NCBI GenBank assembly: GCA_021788175.1
Contig: JAJYKX010000001.1
Location: 1-47,781, forward strand
Source of the DNA: Chloroflexota bacterium
Lineage (GTDB): Bacteria; Chloroflexota; Limnocylindria; Limnocylindrales; CSP1-4
Length of the DNA stretch: 47,781 nt
Reading direction: 5' to 3'
Shown here: piece by piece, positions 44,532 through 47,781 of the stretch
Layout of the letters: each line of letters starts with the position of its first letter
Position numbering within the stretch: the stretch's first letter is position 1
The notes under the pieces: model-generated
Databases searched by the model: none
Seen by the model: the letters and a program-made list of their open reading frames with translations, nothing else
Told to the model about the DNA's origin: nothing
Translations under genes and position numbers: made by a program

Positions 44532-45257
44532 CTACTCCTCCGCTTGCCGCGCCTGCGCGCGTACGTGCCAGATCCGCTGGAGCACCGTCACGGTGCTCAG
44601 GATGAACAGGAGCGCGAGTGTGCCGGCGAGCCACGGCTGGCCGGCCTGCATCGAGAGCTCGAACCCGCCGGGCAGGCCGAGCGATCCGCCGGCAGCGCCG
44701 GCATCCACGGCGACGCCGCCCGCCAGCCCGGTGGCGATCAGGCCGAGGCCCATCACCACCACGCGTTCGGCGCGAGGCGCCACGCCCACGTCCCCCCCGA
44801 AGCCGAGCCCCTCGGCTCGCGCCCGCGTGTAGCTCACCAGGAACGCCGCGACCATCGCGAGCGCCGCCAGGGCCGGGAGCAGGGGGATCGTGCCGGCCGG
44901 GGATTGCCGGGCGAGGGCCCCGGCCACGGTGCCGGCCACGACGCCGACGTAGAGGACACCTTCGCCGGCGCGATCGAGGGTGCTGTCCAGGAACGCCCCG
45001 AAGCGGGAGACCCGGCCGGTGGCGCGCGCCAGCGCGCCGTCCAGCATGTCGAAGGCCGCGAAGACCAGACCCACGACGCCCGCTGCGACCCACTGGCCAT
45101 CCGCGGCCAGCCATGCCGCGACGCAGACGCCGAGGAAGCCGATGACCGTGAGCGCGTTGGGCGTGAGTCCCACCCGTCCCGCCGCCAGCGCGACCGGGAC
45201 CGCGAGCGACTTGATCCGCGCCCGGGTGGCGGGCGGCACCAGCGAGTGCTCGGTCAC
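44532..45257 (-). CDS. pgsA: CDP-alcohol phosphatidyltransferase, PgsA1-like (probable phosphatidylinositol-phosphate synthase)
   Basis: The CDP-alcohol motif D-x2-DG-x2-AR-x8-G-x3-D-x3-D is read as FDMLDGALARATGRVSRFGAFLDSTLDRAGE. Six hydrophobic helices. GTGA overlap with the arsR-like stop; adjacent to ino1. Confidence 0.85.
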   Translation of the reverse strand: MTEHSLVPPATRARIKSLAVPVALAAGRVGLTPNALTVIGFLGVCVAAWLAADGQWVAAGVVGLVFAAFDMLDGALARATGRVSRFGAFLDSTLDRAGEGVLYVGVVAGTVAGALARQSPAGTIPLLPALAALAMVAAFLVSYTRARAEGLGFGGDVGVAPRAERVVVMGLGLIATGLAGGVAVDAGAAGGSLGLPGGFELSMQAGQPWLAGTLALLFILSTVTVLQRIWHVRAQARQAEE

Positions 45258-45598
45258 GACATCGCCCCCTGCGCCGTGGCCACGAGTCGGTCCTGGCTCC
45301 GCTGGTACCGCTCGAACTCCTCCCTGCGCAGCGTGCAGATCACCTCGCGGCCCACGCGCCGGGTCGCGATCAGCCCGGCGGCGCGAAGCGTCCGGAGGTG
45401 CCAGGAGACGAGCGGCTGCGACAGGTCCACGAACTCCACCAGGTCCGTGACCGTGGCGGGGGATTCCGCGAGCCGCCGGATGATGCGGAGCCTGGTCACA
45501 TCCCCCAGCGCCTTGTGGAACGCGCGCAGGTCGCGCAGCTCGTCCGGCGGGGCGGCGATCGTCGCGATGGTCGACCGGATGTGGGCTGGCGAAGGCAA
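45254..45598 (-). CDS. ArsR/SmtB-family winged-helix transcriptional regulator
   Basis: RAFHKALGDVTRLRIIRRLAESPATVTDLVEFVDLSQPLVSWHLRTLRAAGLIATRRVGREVICTL is the ArsR HTH signature. I chose TTG 45598, which has GAGG 5 nt upstream. The track start ATG 45667 would place a 14-bp AT-only palindrome inside the coding sequence, so the start is uncertain. Confidence 0.72.
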   Translation of the reverse strand: MPSPAHIRSTIATIAAPPDELRDLRAFHKALGDVTRLRIIRRLAESPATVTDLVEFVDLSQPLVSWHLRTLRAAGLIATRRVGREVICTLRREEFERYQRSQDRLVATAQGAMS

Positions 45599-45604
45599 CG
45601 CGAC

Positions 45605-45632
45605 CTCACGTGAGCAGGACTTTATATAAAGT
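45605..45632. promoter_or_regulatory. Two adjacent perfect palindromes, CTCACGTGAG and ACTTTATATAAAGT: candidate operator overlapping a -10 (TATAAA/TATATA on the minus strand)
   Basis: CTCACGTGAG at 45605-45614 and ACTTTATATAAAGT at 45619-45632, both self-complementary. Its central ten bases (TTTATATAAA, 45621-45630) are the longest uninterrupted A/T run I noticed in the window. Confidence 0.5.
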
Positions 45633-45682
45633 GTCGCTGATGCTACCACGCATCCGGCCGGCGTCAAACCGGGGCGTGCGCG

Positions 45683-46426
45683 CTACTTCCGACCGGCGAG
45701 CAGCGCGTAGGCCCAGGCATCGAGCGCCTTCGCGCCCCCCATGACCGTCCTGACCGAGTCGCGGAGCTCGGGTTTCGTGGCGAGGAGCCAGGCGGCGCGC
45801 GCCCAGGCACGGGCGAGCCACCGGAGTCCGATCCAGCGCATGCGGCTCCTGACCTCCATCGCGGGATCGATCCGGTGGATCTCCACCACCCTGTCCTGGA
45901 GGCCGGAGTCGTCCCAGGTCCCCCGCCATGCCGCCGCGGTCAGCACCTCCGTCCCGAGGTCGCGCGCCACCCGGGCGACGTCCTCGGGGATCTCCTCGAC
46001 CGCGACGAGCTCGTTCAGCCCGACGTAGCCCCCGGGCCGGGTGACCCGCACGAGCTCGCGGATCGCGCCCGCCTTGTCGTCGACGAAGGCGAGGACCGAC
46101 TCGGCCACGACGACGTCGAACCGGTCGGACTCGAACGGCAGGTCGCGGAGGTCGGCGACCTGCAGGTCGACCAGGTCCTCCACGCCGTCCCGCCGGGCGC
46201 GTTCCCGCGCCCACTCGATCATCTTCGGCGAGCGATCGATCCCGACGACGCGGCAGCCATGCGTCCGGGCGATGTACGCGGGCCCGACGCCGATCCCGCA
46301 GCCGACGTCGAGCACCTCGCTGGCACGCTCGACGTGGCACAGCGCCAGGAGCCGTCGCGTCGCGGGGATGCCGCCCTGGTGCTTGCTGATCCCGAGCTCG
46401 GCCTGCATGTCGAGGTAGTCGACCAT
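45683..46426 (-). CDS. Class I SAM-dependent methyltransferase (Methyltransf_11/25-like)
   Basis: VLDVGCGIGVGPAYIA (motif I) ... VVGIDRSPKMIE ... FDVVVAESVLAFV ... RPGGYVGLNE. GGGGAGG lies before the ATG. Substrate unknown. Confidence 0.8.
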   Translation of the reverse strand: MVDYLDMQAELGISKHQGGIPATRRLLALCHVERASEVLDVGCGIGVGPAYIARTHGCRVVGIDRSPKMIEWARERARRDGVEDLVDLQVADLRDLPFESDRFDVVVAESVLAFVDDKAGAIRELVRVTRPGGYVGLNELVAVEEIPEDVARVARDLGTEVLTAAAWRGTWDDSGLQDRVVEIHRIDPAMEVRSRMRWIGLRWLARAWARAAWLLATKPELRDSVRTVMGGAKALDAWAYALLAGRK

Positions 46427-46711
46427 GGCAACCTCCCCGAGCTGCCGACGGGCGGTCCGGCGCGATCCGCCCGCGGCCGGGGGCGGTGGGCGAGCGGGCC
46501 GCCGGTCAGCGCTTCTGCTGTTGGGGAGGGTGCGCGCGTTCGGATCCGTCTGCCAGAGGCATTCGGCGGGAAGGAGGCCGGGTGCCCCGGCGCCGAGGTC
46601 GGTCGGAAGGGGCGCGCCTCCCGCCAGGCTCGCCGTGTCATGGAGGGACCGTCACGCGGCCAGGATCGCCGCGGACCGGCTCGGTGCCCGCCGGAGGTGC
46701 CGTCCGGGGGC

Positions 46712-47236
46712 CTACCCGGCGTCCTGCTCGCCGCCGGGCGCGGGTGCCGCCGCCCGCGCCAGCCCCTCCACCACCTCCGCTCCGCGCAGGGTGAGCAGGA
46801 TCGACGGCGGCGCGATCACCTTCCAGCTGCGGCTGCCGCCGCCGAGAACGATGCGGTCGCGTGCCATGACCGCGGCGTCCACCCAGATCGGCAGCCCGTC
46901 CGGGAGGCCGAAGGCCGTGACGCCGCCGATCTCCTGACCGGTGAGCGCGCGCGTTTCTTCGGCCGAGGCGAAGGACGCGCGCCGGGTGCCCAGCCGGTCG
47001 CGGATGGCGTGGTTGACGTCGAGGCGATGCGTGGCGAGGACCACGCAGGCGGCGTAGCGCGGGGGATCCGCCTTGCCGGCGACGACGATGGTGTTGGCGG
47101 CGTCCTCCGGCGCGAAGCCGTACGCGGCGCAGAACGCGGCGGTGTCGGCCAGGGCCGGGTCGCAGGGGAACAGCTCGTAGGGCTCACGGCCCGCGAGCAC
47201 GAGCTCGAGGCGGGCCCGATCGGGTTCGGATGTCAT
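46712..47236 (-). CDS. YbaK/EbsC/ProX-type aminoacyl-tRNA deacylase domain protein
   Basis: NTIVVAGKADPPRYAACVVLATHRLDVN ... ASFASAEETRALTGQEIGGVTAFGLPDGLPIWVDAAV ... IVLGGGSRSWKV. Confidence 0.78.
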   Translation of the reverse strand: MTSEPDRARLELVLAGREPYELFPCDPALADTAAFCAAYGFAPEDAANTIVVAGKADPPRYAACVVLATHRLDVNHAIRDRLGTRRASFASAEETRALTGQEIGGVTAFGLPDGLPIWVDAAVMARDRIVLGGGSRSWKVIAPPSILLTLRGAEVVEGLARAAAPAPGGEQDAG

Positions 47237-47312
47237 CCCGCAACGCTACCCCATGCGGTGCCGGCACGCGGCACCTGGGGTCCGCGCGGGGCCGGACCCG
47301 GCGCGGGATCCC

Positions 47313-47335
47313 GGCCCGGGCCCGGGCCCGGGCCC
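47313..47335. repeat. Simple hexanucleotide repeat (GGCCCG) x about 3.8 in an intergenic spacer
   Basis: ggcccgggcccgggcccgggccc, read directly between the YbaK-like start and the DinB-like stop. Confidence 0.85.
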
Positions 47336-47341
47336 CGAGCA

Positions 47342-47781
47342 TCAGGCGATCGCCGCCCGGATGGAACCCTGGTGCATCGTGATGTGCCCGATCAGCACGC
47401 GCTCGATCCGCTGCGCCACCGACATGGGTCCCACCGGGGTCTCCCGTGCCTGGTCGAGCTGGTCGTCGGGGATCGCCCGGACGGCGGCGGCGATCGGCGC
47501 CGTCTGCTCCCGCAGCAACACCAGGACCTCCTCGCGTGACGCGTCCGCGTGCTCCGCCGCGTGCCGGGCGTTGACGGCGCCGATGTCTCCGGGCGACGGG
47601 AGGGGACGGCCGGCAAGCATGGCCTCGATCCGCTCCATGATCCACGGCGTGTTGATCGCGACGTGGTGGGCGATGACGCCGACGGATCGACGCTCGTCCT
47701 CGTCGTTGATCCGCACCGGGTAGTTGCGGCCGACGCGATGCCACTGCTCGTCGGTCAGCGATGCCACGAGCGCGATGAACT
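47342..47781 (-). CDS. DinB-family (DinB_2 / mycothiol-dependent-enzyme-like four-helix bundle) protein; 5' end runs off the window
   Basis: LVASLTDEQW ... VGVIAHHVA ... VNARHA ... VAQRIERVLIGHITMHQGSI shows the DinB His pattern. The frame stays open upstream of the listed GTG 47767 (..FIALVASL) to the window edge. Confidence 0.7.
   Translation of the reverse strand, partial: FIALVASLTDEQWHRVGRNYPVRINDEDERRSVGVIAHHVAINTPWIMERIEAMLAGRPLPSPGDIGAVNARHAAEHADASREEVLVLLREQTAPIAAAVRAIPDDQLDQARETPVGPMSVAQRIERVLIGHITMHQGSIRAAIA

Noticed and set aside
45599-45667. Extended 137-aa version of the ArsR-like ORF starting at ATG 45667
   Set aside because: Not fully excluded. It would put the 14-bp A/T palindrome and rare codons (CTT TAT ATA AAG) inside the coding sequence, whereas TTG 45598 has a GAGG SD at the correct spacing. 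The shorter model is preferred pending TSS data.
46427-46711. 285-nt spacer upstream of the SAM-methyltransferase, considered as a possible SAM/SAH riboswitch or small gene
   Set aside because: I could not recognise any riboswitch consensus by eye. All ORFs in it are Arg/Pro-rich and overlap known genes out of frame. A covariance-model scan would be needed to say more.

Overview
This is a very GC-rich window (about 70% by eye, not computed) from the origin-proximal part of a bacterial chromosome. The gene content looks Actinobacteria-like, or from a related high-GC Terrabacteria lineage; that placement is inference. I can support about 40 genes.

Layout:
- 1-15.7 kb, all on the + strand: gyrA (3' part), prs, secA, a DUF218 gene, a small Cys-rich ORF, prfB with its programmed +1 frameshift, a GNAT gene, an IMPase-family gene, ftsE, ftsX, an S41 Ctp protease, smpB, ssrA (tmRNA) and a secreted phosphoesterase.
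- 15.8-21 kb, on the - strand: a VanW gene, jag, yidC, yidD, rnpA and rpmH.
- 21-26.3 kb, on the + strand: csaA, dnaA, an oriC-like DnaA-box cluster, dnaN, recF and a DUF721/DciA-like gene.
- 26.3-29.2 kb: a PP2C-like membrane protein and a DUF151 nuclease.
- 29.3-47.8 kb: an envelope glycolipid and glycosylation region, then a SAM methyltransferase, a YbaK-like deacylase and a partial DinB-family gene.

The glycolipid region holds a GT2 Ppm-like synthase, a DUF2723 gene and a GT-C gene on the - strand. These diverge from a 1902-aa double GT-C fusion on the + strand. Next comes a tightly coupled minus-strand operon: arsR, pgsA, ino1, two HtrB/PatA-like acyltransferases, a PHP phosphoesterase and pimA.

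I saw no transposase, integrase, CRISPR array or recognisable defence genes.

Most noteworthy observations:
1. A PHP phosphoesterase embedded in the PI/PIM operon is a candidate for the unassigned phosphatidylinositol-phosphate phosphatase.
2. The giant dual GT-C fusion carries a soluble propeller/coiled-coil insertion.
3. An 8-Cys small ORF is translationally coupled to prfB.
4. A low-GC intergenic island carries a 13-nt perfect Shine-Dalgarno sequence and micro-ORFs.
5. The conserved synteny around oriC is broken.

Many very long ORFs in the track are antisense or off-frame artefacts of the high GC content and were rejected.
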